Source: Octopus sinensis (lineage: Eukaryota). Taken from it: 64,000 nucleotides of DNA. Positions 36,360-49,440 of the stretch are shown here, one piece after another. The DNA is taken from positions 35,216,001-35,280,000 of the forward strand of contig NC_043000.1 of NCBI RefSeq assembly GCF_006345805.1, written 5' to 3'. A program made the position numbers and the translations under genes. Every line of letters starts with the position of its first letter. Positions within the stretch are counted from its first letter, which is position 1. A model generated the notes under the pieces. That model worked only from the letters and a program-made list of their open reading frames with translations, was not told where the DNA came from and ran no database searches.

Positions 36360-36545
36360 TATATTTGTGTGTCTGCGTTTGTCCCTCTACCATCATTTGG
36401 CAACTGATTTTGGTGTGTTTATGCACCCCATAACTTGGCAGTTTGGCAAACAAGACTGATAGAATAAGTCCAGGGTCGATTTCTTTGACCATGTTCCAGC
36501 ATGGCCACAGTCCAAATGACTGAAACAAGTAAAAGAATACAAAAA
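36360..36545 (+). mobile_element. SINE family D copy
   Basis: ttggtgtgtttatg...ataacttggcagtttggcaaacaagactgatagaataagt...cagcatggccacagtccaaatgactgaaacaagtaaaag. Confidence 0.8.
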
Positions 36546-37115
36546 CAAACACATGCATGCATGCGCACACACGTGTGTGTGTGTGTGTGTGTGTGTGTTG
36601 GTAGCTTGTATCACACTTTTGTCCGTTGTTTCAGATGCCTTTGTAGCTATTAGCAAATGTTGACTTCCTCTTGCTGGAACATAGCAAATGTGACAAATGA
36701 AAACAGAGAGAGAGAAAGAGTTGCCCCCAGCATTTAGTCGGTAGACAGTTTCTGCTGAGTTGGCTGGAGCCACATGAAGTAACTTGCTTAAATACGCGAT
36801 GAACCACCCAGTCCAGGGACTGAACCTGAAACCCTTTGATCTCGAACCCTAACCACTAGACTACATGAATTTCTGCACATGCACATAATATATTGTCATT
36901 GAAAAAATCTGTTTAAAATGTTTACTGTTGAATACTGGGTGTTTTGCATTAGATTCTTTGGAATAAATATTCCAACTAGCTTTAACTTGTATTGTTCTTC
37001 GGAACTGATTGTTATTCCAGCCACAGCTTAAGTTTTACTTACAATTACCTATCTATTTATGTATTTTACCTTGTTTTCTCTTTATTTTTTTTATTCACCT
37101 ATATTTTTCTTATTA

Positions 37116-37158
<43 letters not shown>

Positions 37159-37434
37159 TATTTTGCAAAATGAAAGATATTGGTTATTTTTGTTAATTTA
37201 GATTAGGTTGATATAGCTATTATCTATCAACAATAAGTAGATTTTGTAAATTAGTTTTGTGTGTGTGTGTGTGTGTATGTGTGTGGTTTAGGTTTTGTTT
37301 CATGAAAAATCTTAAATCATAATATCTTTCCTTTGCACCCCCCCCCTTCATCAATGTATTAAAAATTGTGTACATATTTGTGATATATATTAATGTTCTC
37401 ACTTAATTTCTGTCAGTGGACTGGCTTCATCTTC

Positions 37435-37750
37435 AGTATCACCACCTCTACCATCACTATCCCTCATCATCATCATCATCATTGTTATCACTATCGCCAA
37501 CACCACCATCAGCATCACCACTACCATTACTTTTACTACAACTACTACTACTTCTGTTGTTGCTACTACCACTATGACTGCTACAGTAAAATGATAACTA
37601 CACCAACCACAAGTGCCACCTTAAGACAATTGTAACCACCACCGCCACCTCCATCACCACTCCGTCACCTCACCATGATGACCATCATCATCATCATCAT
37701 CATTACTGCTACCCCACCACCACCACCTCCAACAACAACAACAACAACCA
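37435..37750. repeat. (CAC/CAT/TAC/CAA)n trinucleotide low-complexity tract
   Basis: Seen directly. Source of the His/Tyr-rich spurious ORF. Confidence 0.9.
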
Positions 37751-40700
37751 ACAAGAGTTAATGAGAGAGCAAGGGAGACTGTACATAGTTGCTTGACTTA
37801 CTAGAAAGAGCAGCATGCTCTCCTTCAAATCACACCTACTGTTTTTAGTAAAATGGGTTACATTGGGCAAAATAAGTTCTTGATATTTGTAAAGAAAGGA
37901 TGATCACAGTTGGATCACCTTTGATGATTGGTCTGCTCAGGTAGCACTAAGACCTGGGGCTAAATAACAACAAGAAGCTTTGTTAATATATTCTAAAACA
38001 TCAACCCTAATTCTATCAACCATTCTCACTGTTCTCTCATCCTTAATAACAATATTAATTACTACTGCCACCACCACCACCACCACAATCATAATAATCA
38101 TTAAATAATGTGATATTTAACTAAATATCACTTTTCGTCTATTCAGTGAAAACTGTATAATTTAGTCCATGTCAGAGCAAAATTGGTCAGAATGGAAACT
38201 ACGACACCAACTGACAATAATCAATAGACAGATTTTGGACAGTGGAACTTCTCACCGTTCTTCACCACCACTGCCCACTTCTCTATTTTGTACTACACAG
38301 TATGGCAACAAATAATCAATACAAGTGTACAGATTTCTTTCCCCAACCCAACTTTGCCTCTCACCTCTCTCTCTCTCTCTCTCTGTCTCTCTCCTTTCTC
38401 CTCTGTAGACATAAGAATTTCTGATAAGACTGGCTTATTTCTTTACTCTCTCTCTCTCTCTGCTTTCTAAAGGAATCAAGTTGAGTGAGTGTGAAAGGTT
38501 TCACTGACGATGCAACAGCAGGCCAGCAATGGAGTGGTTTGCAAGTGAACTGACCAGTAAAAACACGACACTAAACAAATACATAAGCTTGTGTTCCGGT
38601 TCTTTTTTTTTTTTTCCTTCATCTTTTGCAAACATTGAAAATCTGCTGGTACAACCCCCTCCTCACCATCGCCATCCCCATCCTTTCTGGTTTGGGGAGC
38701 AAACCCTATCCAATGGCATCTGTTTTTACTGATTGTCATCCACACAGCACTCTCAGAATGAGAGTTGTGTTTGCAGAGATCCTGCAATCAAACAGACATG
38801 ATTCTGATGTGATTGAGCTCTTTCCTTCCTTAGATCAGCTTATTCAACCATCTGTGAGGAATTCTAAATATTGGTTAGTCTTACAAACTAAAACATATTT
38901 TGTCAGTCAATACTCTACTGAATTGTGTTTAGGCCGAGTTAATTTCTCCAGTCGAAAATGTAAATGATTTTGGCGTTTCGTAAACAAATCGAAGCAACAG
39001 TGATAAGCAGCAGGGACTGGGTAAATAAAGTTGAGCAAACGAACGCGATGGTGTTATTCAAGTGAAATTTCAGAATAGAATCATAGATTCTGATTCAAGG
39101 ATTCCTGACCACTCCTATGGGAAAGAGGGGAGAAAGAAAGCGAGAAGGTTAGAGGGAGTTGGGGGTAGAAATGGACAGAAGAGACTGCATAGAAACTGAC
39201 TGTGATTTTAGCATGAGAACGAGAGGGAGAAGAGGAAGAAGAAGAATTGAGATGGAGGTTAGTTATTGTGGGTTTTATGGAGATTTTGAAAGATAGAGAA
39301 TAAGAATAGCTAAGGCAGGTGAGATGGGAAAGATAGGGGTATGTGTGAAGAAAGTTGGGTGGGGGGGATGACATTGATTATACAATGTTTGTTATGTGTG
39401 GGTTGAGGTGATGGTCGTTGTAAAGGTTATATAACCAACAACATTAACACCAATGTAACAGCAGTTTACTTTCTCCAGAAATTGGTTTGTTGGATGCTGG
39501 ACAATCCGTAAACCATGACCACCCATACCACACCTACAAACCAATTCCACCACCACCACCACACACTTCAATTACAATCACTCCTTTTATCTATCACCAG
39601 TGACAACTATGACCACATAATAATAATCATCATCATCACCATCATTGTTAGAATACAATATCTCAGGATATTCTTATATTCTCTGTATTGTTTGAGTGTG
39701 TGTGTGTGTATCAATCATTTTGTTGTATTGGTTCAGTATAAAGTGTCACATCAATGGAAGGGAAGTGTTATTATTTACTAACACACACACACACACACAT
39801 ATATATACAGTCATGTGACATGGCACCTCATCAATGCCACCATGTGTCTTTCTATCCTAACCTAACAATACCATTGACAATTAACCTCTTATGCAGCTTC
39901 TCCAAACCCCTTTTGTTATTATATGTATATCCAGGTTCCTTGTGATATTATTATATATATCCATGTTTCTGTGTAATATCATATACTCATACATCTGTGT
40001 AGCATTACTACATATCCATGTTCCTCTATATCATTTATTATTATATGTCCACATAACATTATCCTTCAGTGTCTGTGTATATAACAAATTTCTTCTTCTA
40101 TAAGACTATATATTAGCCTGAATTTACGAATAACTGCGTTCAAACATTTACATGAAAATTCCTGCTTCTGATATGTATGCATGTGTTGGTTCAAATCCCA
40201 GTGCTGCCAGGACAACTTTTTTATATTGATGTGGGTGTAGCTGTGTGATTGAGATGTTTGCTTCCCAACCACATGGTTTTAGGTTCAGTCCCATTGCATG
40301 ACACCTTGGGCATTTGTTTTCCACTATTGTTTTGGTGCAGTCATTTATAAGTGGATTTGGTAGACAGAAACTGAAAGAAGCCCATTGTGTGTGTGTGTGT
40401 GTGTGTGTCTCCTTGTTTTAACATTACATGGGTGTTATAAATGAATAGCATTCATCATCATCGTTTAACGTCTGCTTTCCATGCTGTCATGGGTCATTTC
40501 CAATATTATGTGAAAGCATATCTGTCCATGGGGAAATGTTTCCTTGCTTGGGAACAGGTGAGGGTTGGGAACAGGAAAGGCATCTGGCCATAGAGAACAT
40601 GCCTTGATTAACTCTCACTGACCCATGCAAGTATGGAAAAGCGACTTGGCGCTAATGGCATCTCACCACTTATTCTAGTGAAACAGTGTGTATATTTACA

Positions 40701-41034
40701 CACACACACACACACACAGAACTTTGTTCAGTTTCCATTTACCAAATTCACTCACAAGGCATCGATCAGTTGAAGGTTATAATAGAAGGCACTTGCCCTG
40801 GGTGCCATGCCATGGGACAAACCTTAAAGCACATGGTTGTAAAACAGTGGTTAGGTGAATATGTACGTGAGGCAGGGTTTTAGGGCTAGATATTGCTCCC
40901 TCACCAGCCTTTACCAGTTTTTCAAGTAAGGGATCTTTTTTTTATTCTACATGCCTTTGACAGCACCAGTCATGTCAACAGGAAATGTAAACATGATATC
41001 AATGTTTCAATCAAGCAAAGCCCTAAGATGACAA

Positions 41035-41071
<37 letters not shown>

Positions 41072-41675
41072 GTGTGTATGTGGACACCTTGCTGTTTTCC
41101 CACAGTTCCTGTTTTACCAAATTCACTCAACATTGAATTTTACTTCTGCCTGAATGGGTTGGATAGGTCTGCTTCATTACAGCACCACACCACCTCTTAT
41201 CCTCCATTAATATCTTCTTTTCTGAATTTCACAATTATGTGATCAGCATTCAGTTTTGTTTTTGTTTTTTCTTTTCTGTTTTTCTGTTTCACAGGTTCCC
41301 TCCTTATTAATCACTTGTCACTTTTTACCCAGTTATCTTCCCTACATCAGCTCATTCTTTTTCTATCTTCTATTCTACATGTAATTTCTCTTGCATCTAC
41401 AGTTTTTACTCAACTCATTTCTGCTCCATCTCTCATGCACTTTTGCATTACACATCTACTGCACCCATTGCACATATGCATTCAATACTGTTCATGTTTC
41501 ACACCAATGCAACATTGAGTTTTGTATGCAAGTGTTATATGATCTTCCCTTCACTCAAACTGAGAGTTCATTTGTTGGCAGCTTGTGTGCGTGCATGTGT
41601 GTGCAATCCATCCATCTATATATATGCACATGTAAATACTTAAAATTTTGTTTTGTTATCTTCTTCCTACCACAG

Positions 41676-41909
41676 CGGCTATGAGTCCAGCAGAGATCCA
41701 GCAGTTATGGAAGGAAGTCGCTTCTCAGTCTGGGATTGATGGTTCTGTTGATTCTAAAAACCACCTAAATGGTATGGCCACACTTGCCACAAGTGTGGCT
41801 CAGGCAGCTGCTGTGGCAGCAGCTTCTGTTACATCGGCTTCTATGAATCCTTTACTCCAAACCTCTTCTTACCTCACTAATGGCATTCCTGATGGTTACC
41901 TGTTATCAG
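41676..41909 (+). CDS. FoxP: FoxP coding exon containing the MSPAEIQQLWKEV motif
   Basis: Acceptor ttcctaccacag|CG and donor TCAG|gtgagt, phase 1/1, 234 nt. Encodes (T)AMSPAEIQQLWKEVASQSG..., homologous to the FOXP 'ELQQLWKEV' motif. Confidence 0.95.
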
Positions 41910-42246
41910 GTGAGTTTTCTTTCAATTTACCAAAGTCTTCATTATCTAATAGTCTTAGCAATATATATATTGTCTTTTACTTTCTGTTTCTTTGCCACAA
42001 TTTAAATCTTTTTGTATTTTTAGAGTCTCCCACCTTCTTAAATTTCTATTAGAAATAACTAAACAGATCTATGGCCATTTGTGTATATTCACTGACCAGT
42101 TCCTTAGCAGCAGACATTCTCCTATATTCTGTCTTTATTGTGATAAATCTTGTACTGTGACACACACAGACACACACACACACACACACTCTCCCTCTCT
42201 CATAATTTGGTATAACCTTTCTAACCTCAGCAACATTCACTGTTAC

Positions 42247-42620
42247 TATCATCATCTTCATTTAACATTTACTTTCCATGCTGGCATGGGTTGGACGGTT
42301 TGACTGAGTGCTGGTGAGCCAGAAGGCTGCACCAGTCTCTAATGTGATCTGGCAGAGTTTCTACAGCTGGATGCCCTTCCTAATGCCAAACACTCCAAGA
42401 GTGTAGTGGGTGCTTTTACGTACCTCCGGCATGAGGGCCAGTCAGGTGGTACTGGCATTGGCCACGCTCAAATGGTGCTTTTTACGTTCCTCCTGCACAG
42501 GAGTCAGTCTGGTGGCACTGGCAATGACCACACTCAAATGGTGCTTTTTTTTTATGTATCAGTGGCCCTGGTAACGATCACACTCGAATAGTGCTTTTAA
42601 CGTTCCACTGACACGGGTGC
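42247..42620 (-). mobile_element. SINE family A copy
   Basis: catgctggcatgggttggacggtttgac...ctacagctggatgcccttcctaatgccaaacactcc plus repeated 'ggcactggcaatgaccacactc' units. Confidence 0.88.
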
Positions 42621-43061
42621 CACATTCCACATGCAATATGTATGTATATTGTATCATCTTTTATATCCTATGTTTCCATACTTTAGTCTTCAAATTATGT
42701 GACATTTTTTGTCATGCCCCTCCATATAACACACTCCTATATTACATATCCCCATTTAATATTTGTTCAAATATTTATACTGTATCTGTGTAACATTCCA
42801 GCAATGTTTTATCCTATTTTGTAACATGTGTCTGGTATATTCTTTTGTATAACATGACCTCAATGTTGTCTTTTTCTTTGTGACACCACATCTCTCCCAT
42901 GTTACAGACTTCATCTATTATTTTTTAATGTAATCTATCAATTAAATCTCTCTAAAAATCTGTAAACCACACACATTCTAAAAAAGGAAGAGAATCTCAG
43001 GTTTTACAACATATTACAGGCTCCATGTAAGAGAAAACTGTTATATTTCTGTCACAAATGT

Positions 43062-43280
43062 TGGCTCCAAACTTTGGTAAAAGGTCAACAATTTTGGGGG
43101 AGGGGTTAAGTTGATTATGTGGACCTCAGTACTTGACTGGTACTTATTTCATTGACCCTTTGAAAGGATGAAAAGCAAAGTCAACCTCTGTGGAATTTGA
43201 ATTCAGAATGTAAAGAGAAATGAAATTCTGCTAAACATTTTGTTTCAACATGCTGACAATTCTGCCATCTCACTTGCCTT
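43062..43280 (-). mobile_element. SINE family C copy just upstream of the zinc-finger exon
   Basis: gacctcagtacttgactggtacttatttcattgaccctttgaaaggatgaaaagcaaagtcaacc...gaatttgaattcagaatg. Confidence 0.82.
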
Positions 43281-43451
43281 GTTTGTGCCACTACCATTCA
43301 AGTTTCAAATCCTGGAGTTTGCACCATTTTTGATATCTTTTCTTTCTGTGACTTTTGATTTTATCCAAAACAAACTTCATGTTTATTAATTAACTTTCTT
43401 CTTCAAATGCCAAGAAATCAACATTTAATTTCTGCTGCTGTTTTTCTTCAG

Positions 43452-43602
43452 GTGGTCTTGGTGGTAGTCTATTGAATCAGTCGGCTGTTAGCATTAAACA
43501 GGAGCAGGAAGCGTCTAGTCCATCGCACCCACTTTTCCGACATGGTGTTTGTAAATGGCCGGGCTGTGATACGCCAAATGAAGACTTTCCTTCCTTCATT
43601 AA
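43452..43602 (+). CDS. FoxP: FoxP coding exon: first half of the C2H2 zinc finger
   Basis: Acceptor ttttcttcag|GT and donor ATTAA|gtaagt, phase 1/2, 151 nt. Encodes [51 protein letters not shown], the diagnostic Fox[10 protein letters not shown] motif. Confidence 0.97.
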
Positions 43603-44289
43603 GTAAGTGCAACATGTTTTTGTATTGTATTTCAGCAGATCTGAGAATAATTGTGAAAGCCACGACATGACCTGTGAAATGTGTTTAGTCTGTTTACTGT
43701 CAGTAGGGAAGATTGTATTAGTGTAGTCATATCAGTTTGGGTCCACTGTTGTATAGGAGGACAGTCAAACCTTAAAGAAGGAACTTGACATTCTGTAAGA
43801 CAATGTCTGTCTTAGAAACACTGCTTCAGCAAGACTAGTAGAAAACTTAGAATAATGGTGAATAAAGATTGAGCTGTGCAAACTTGATGAGCTTATTGGT
43901 ATCTAACTATTGTATTTGTAGCTGGGAAGTAGTTGTAGTGGTGGTGGTAGTAGTAGTAGTAATAGTTACAGCAAACGCAATATCTGGAATAATTGTTGGA
44001 ATCTAAGCAAAGACGTTTATTATGAGTTTAAATTCTTACAGTGTACCACTAAGCAGAAAATAACAAACCCAACTCTGTTTTATTTCCTAGTAAAACATTG
44101 TTGATCATTATATTGTAATGGGGGTTGAGTTAGGAAAATCATTGAAACAGTTCAGATATCTGATATCATGAGGTCCTGCTGCTAGACATGTCTGGAAAGA
44201 AGTGAAAAAGGGAATGAAAATGGTAAACAATACAGAAGTCAACTTGAAACTAAACCAATGTATTCCGATGACAGTTTCTTTTCAATATT

Positions 44290-44495
44290 GGCACAAGGCC
44301 ATCAGTTTGGCGGAGAGGGACCAAGTCAGTCGAATCCATTGCTCAACCCCATTGCTCAACTGGATCTTATTTTATTGACCCCCAAAAAATGAAAGGCAAA
44401 GCTGACCTCGGCAGAATTTAAACTCAGAATGCAAAGATGGACAAAATGCTGCTGAGCTTTTTGCCTGGCATGCTCACAATTCTGCCAGCTTGTCC
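44290..44495 (-). mobile_element. SINE family C copy
   Basis: ctcaactggatcttattttattgaccccc...gaaaggcaaagctgacctcggcagaatttaaactcagaatg...ttttgcctggcatgctcacaattctgccagct. Confidence 0.85.
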
Positions 44496-46930
44496 CCTTG
44501 TTTCTTTTAAATATTAGCAGTAAGTGAAGTGACTTTGGTTAGATTTGAAATTGGACTTAGTCTGCTATGAACTTAAATCTAACGTTTGGTGCTTGTCAGA
44601 ACGGAATATGTCTGTTAGGGCTACAGCGACACCATCTCTAATGTTTATTGTTTACTTGTCTGTCAGTTTTACAATGACTCCATCTTCAACCAATGGAATA
44701 AACCCTGTCATGAAAAGGCCTTTTTATATGCTAACAACAAAAGTTTAATGATGTGTGAGGTATTGAACTAAGTAATGTCTCCTGCTATTAAGAAATATTG
44801 TTAAAAGATCACCATCATTAACCTTTTTGTATCGATAACTAAAAATAAATAAAGAAATAAAAGTGAAAGAGAATTGTAAACTTTTTTGAATTGCATTTTG
44901 ATCTAAGGTCTTCAACCTGGCTTTTTAGTTCACAATAAATGTTTGATGTTCCCAGCTCTGAAGAAGAATGTCAGAAAGCTACAATTAAATCTTCGTATAT
45001 TATATTTCTGATAATTGTTATCAAATTCACAAAATGTTTTAATCACAAGTTTTTCTGAAAGTCATTCATTCTTCCTAGAATACGTGTATGTCTTTGTAAT
45101 TGTGTGTCTCCATAAACTTCTCTCTACATTATATTTGCTTCTGTATTAAGAATATGAGTGGTTATGTGTACGTACACATATGTATGCATTATTTATAAAC
45201 ATTATTATTATTTATATTTTTAGCATTTTTTGAAAAGTGTCTGCTATTAAGTCTTATTATTAAGACCAACTGTTGAAGGGATGGCTTTAGGAAGTGATGT
45301 GTATGAAAGTTAAATTTTCGCAATTATAATGTTTGTAATCATATGTTCAGATGACAGAGCTGCATTAAATATGCACATATTTAAAATATTCGAAATTAAC
45401 CTGGACTGAAAACATTTTATACTGCTTTCATGGAAAGCTATTTACTAGTATATTTAAATGAACAGAAGAAACACATGGGAGAAACAGAAGAAACACACTG
45501 ATGAATGTCAGTGTGCATGTCTATGCGTGTGTGCATGCACACACACATATATATTGTTTGTATATATACATGTGTATGTGTATTTGTGTTTGTATTTTTT
45601 TATGGAGAGTATTCTAGAGTAAATGAATCCTCTCACAAACCAAGTCTTGTTTTGATTCTTAGTTGTAAGTAGCCATTCTGTTTCACTTTATCAACCTTAA
45701 GAAAGGCATGAATCTCGGTAAATCTCATTCCACTTAAATATAGTTATGTCTAAGAAATGGTTTTAGTGATTCTTCAAGAGACCTTTTATGGCTATTCAAT
45801 TTTTACTCTTTTTTTCTTCCCTTAAAATTGGTGTATTTTTAGTGTTCTTTAAGTCTTGACATTTCTCTGAACTCAGAACATGTTGTTGGCTGCTAAATTT
45901 CTTTCCTCGTGCAAAACAATTCACATCTGGATTATTTCTGGGGGGTTCAGGTATGTCTCTGTAAACAAATAGGACAACTCTGTTGTCTGTAAGGAACTGT
46001 TCTACCTGTCCCTTTATGCTGAAAGACCATAGACCAAAGTGACACAGGTGGAAGCATTTCAGATGTTTTCAAAGGTGCAGAACTTGTTGTCAAATGGACT
46101 TGTTGATGGTTAACATTGCTTTAATCTGTTGAAACCTTCTAATCAGCTAAGTATGTATTAGAAGGATTTACACAAGTAAAAATGATAATCCCATACACAC
46201 TTCCAAAAACAGTTGTTGTTTTGTTAGTTCCATGTCAAACCAAATCAAGAAGATATAATCTGAGGCATTCCAGCCATGACCATCATGTCTTTAGAAGTAT
46301 CTACAACTACTTGAATGTGTTTTTCCTTGTTTTAAGATAAAAGTTTGCAATTCAAGAGAGATTTGGCCAAACAACCATAGAGAAGTTCCTTTATGAGTTA
46401 TCTGATGTACAATTATTTTCTCTACTGGATTGTAAATAACTGGATTGTCTCTCAACTGGGTTGTCAATAATTCTGCTGTGAAATTGGAATGAAACCAGTG
46501 ATCAGATAAACTGAACAAAATAAAGTTGTGTGTGGTGGCTTGCTACACTGTGGGACGTCTGGGCAATGTATGGACTTTTTGGAGATGTTTTCAATTAGTC
46601 AACGACAGTAAACTTAGGAATACTGTCAGAATTATTTCATATGTTCAGAAGTTGAATGATTTTCGAAATCAAAAGAAAATTTGTGTATTGAAACTGTTTA
46701 AAATCCTTGTCCTTTAATGATAAATCATTCTATTTCCTTTTGAACAAGAAGTGATAAATGATAGATGGAGTAATGATTGACCTGAGTAAGAGGTGGTCAG
46801 AGCATTTATCAATAAGTTTTACAGATGAGATTTAGAAAAGAGAAAGCTGCATGACAGCCGTGTTGACTCACCGAACATTTGTTGTGTGAAAAGACAACAA
46901 AAATATGTTAAACTAATGATAATCTGTGTT

Positions 46931-46992
46931 TACATTCGTTAAACATTGTCATGGAGATATACATTCGTTAAACATTGTTGTGGAGATATACA
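46931..46992. repeat. 29-bp tandem duplication
   Basis: tacattcgttaaacattgt(ca/tg)tggagata twice, plus a partial third unit. Confidence 0.92.
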
Positions 46993-47269
46993 AAGCCAAT
47001 TTGTGATTGAATAAAAAGTGATATCCTAGTTTGAGTTGAACATGTTTAGTTGTTGATGTTGTAGTAGTGTAACTGTAATGATATCATAATCTTTTAGACA
47101 AATATCAGCTGTTATGTATTCTGTATATAAGAATACATCATAATCATAATCATCAGCAACATCATTTAATGTCCATGCTGGCATGGGTTGGACGGTTTGA
47201 CTGGGGCTGGAAGGCTGTGCCAGACTCCAGTCAGATAATAGAAAATAGATAACAAGTATGATCTTCAGA

Positions 47270-47300
<31 letters not shown>

Positions 47301-47336
47301 GCCTTCGTCTTTTGTTTATTTTCATAAAGCTTCCTG

Positions 47337-47381
<45 letters not shown>

Positions 47382-47607
47382 GTCCTTCCCAGGACCCAAA
47401 ATGTATTTGCTGTTTTAATATTCACTCAAATTTGGGTTTCTTGAATTTATGATGACTTGATGACATTCAGACTATTTGTTGTTAAAACCTTAAAAACTGT
47501 TGCTAAGGGGTTGGTAAAGAGTTCCTCAGAAAAAAATTCCTGAATGATAAACCAGGAAATATAGGAAACATACCCAAAGGAAAAGGGGATATTAGTAGAC
47601 ACAGCTT

Positions 47608-48534
47608 GGACCTGTTCAGTTTTACTCACAGATTTTTTAATTATATATTTTTTTTAACTAAACAGTTTGAATCTTTGTATACTGGTGTAATTTCACTTTC
47701 AACATTTTTTGACAAAATTTCGTATTTTAGAAGTTATTTTATGTTAAAATTGCCATATTTGGGTAATTTTAACCAATCAAAGACATATATTCGGCTGAAG
47801 AAAGTTACTGCTGTTTGTGATAGTAATCAAAAAGAAACAACTTCTGGGTCATCTCTACTAAATGTCACCACTCTGTTCTATTCATATGTCAAGGGAAAGT
47901 GTTGCTCCTTGGTCATAGCTGACACAAAAGAGAAGCTTTTGGCCACAAGAAAGACGTCACCTTTATCCGTTCTTCCTTTCTAGTCAGCACCATGCATTCC
48001 TTACTCTTTCCTTCTCTCCTGGCAAACAGCCACTTCTGCACTTTCAACTACCAATCAGGAAGCAAACTTGTCACTGCAATTACAATTACTGCTCTATCTC
48101 TAACTACATGTCAGGCAAATGAATAAATGTATGTAAATAATACTTCGATTCTTTGATGTTTACTGATTACTCCGATGCGAGACCCCCCCCCCCCCAAAAA
48201 AAAGAACAAAGTGTGTAATATGCAACACAGGCAGTAAACAAGCATAAAATAGAACAGAGTGGTGACATTTAGTAGAGATGAGCCGGAAGGAGTTCCTCTT
48301 CGATTACTATTGCAAACAGCAGTAGCTGTCTTCAGCTGAATACATCTTGTTGATTGGTTAAAATTACCCAAATATGACAACTTTAACATAAACTAACTTC
48401 TAAAATACGGAATTTTGTCAGAAATGTTGAAAGTAAACTGTGTTCAGTGTGAGAAATTACACCAGTATACAAAGATTCAAACTGTTTAGTTAACAAAGAA
48501 GAAAAAAAATCTGTGATCAAAACTGAACAGATCC
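47608..48534. repeat. Long inverted repeat (arms about 47608-47888 and 48243-48534); possible foldback/MITE
   Basis: The arms are reverse complements. The ORF track shows the same pseudo-peptide on opposite strands: MLKLPYLGNFNQS...GSSLLNVTTLFY versus MLKLSYLGNFNQS...GSSLLNVTTLFY. Confidence 0.93.
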
Positions 48535-48952
48535 CACTGCTGTACCACAACAAAATTTTAGATGGAAAGTATTCTCTTTATAACTTCAAATTGGGAGTGA
48601 CACTCATCACCAAAATAGTCCATTTGGAACCAACAACTGGGAGTTTAGTCCTCATATTGAAGAATGTCCAGGAACAGGAAATGATATCCTAGGGATATCT
48701 GAGGAAGGAATTTTATTCCGACATAGACTATGGATGGTTAAATTACAACAGGTATATAGCCCATTGTTTGTATTATAGTGCATTGTTGTACCATTGAAAA
48801 CATTTTATTCTTTATATATATATATATATAAATTCAATTCATAATACTATTCATAATTAAAATGTTCATTAATTACCCTTGTATATTTTACTCCATAACT
48901 GCTTTATAAAAGCCTGTTGTCATCTCAAGTTGTTAAACTTTTTTTTTTATAG

Positions 48953-49040
48953 GCATCTGAACTCTGAGCACCAGTTAGATGACAGAAGTACAGCACAAGC
49001 AAGAGTACAAATGCAGGTTGTTAGTCAACTTGAAATACAG
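48953..49040 (+). CDS. FoxP: FoxP coding exon: zinc-finger His ligands and start of the leucine zipper
   Basis: Acceptor ttttttatag|G and donor CAG|gtaaga, phase 2/0, 88 nt. Encodes [29 protein letters not shown]. Confidence 0.97.
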
Positions 49041-49204
49041 GTAAGAACATCTTGCAGTTGTTTTGGGTCATGTATTGTTATAAGCATCTTTTGTCATTCA
49101 ACAATAGAAAGCTCAATGTGTCTTGAGTGATTCTAGCAAATACCATATTTAGTTTGTAGCTTTTCTCCATGAAGCAAGAAATTACGGTAATATTTGCTGT
49201 AACC

Positions 49205-49440
49205 AAGGTAGTGAGCTGGCAGAAGAATCATTACGATGTCAGGCAAAATGCTGTGTGGAATTTTGCTCGTCTTGACATTCTGAGCTCAAATTCCACCATA
49301 GTCAACTTTACCTTTTTCACTTTTTGGGGTCAATAAATTAGGTACCAGTTGAACACTGGGGTTGATGTAAGGGTCTGATGTAATTTTACCCTCTCCCTTA
49401 AAATTGCTGGTATTGTACTAAAATTTGAAACCAATATTTG
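49205..49440 (+). mobile_element. SINE family C copy
   Basis: ggtagtgagctggcagaag...ggcaaaatgct...ttctgagctcaaattccacc...gtcaactttacc...ggggtcaataaattaggtaccagttgaacactgggg. Confidence 0.82.
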
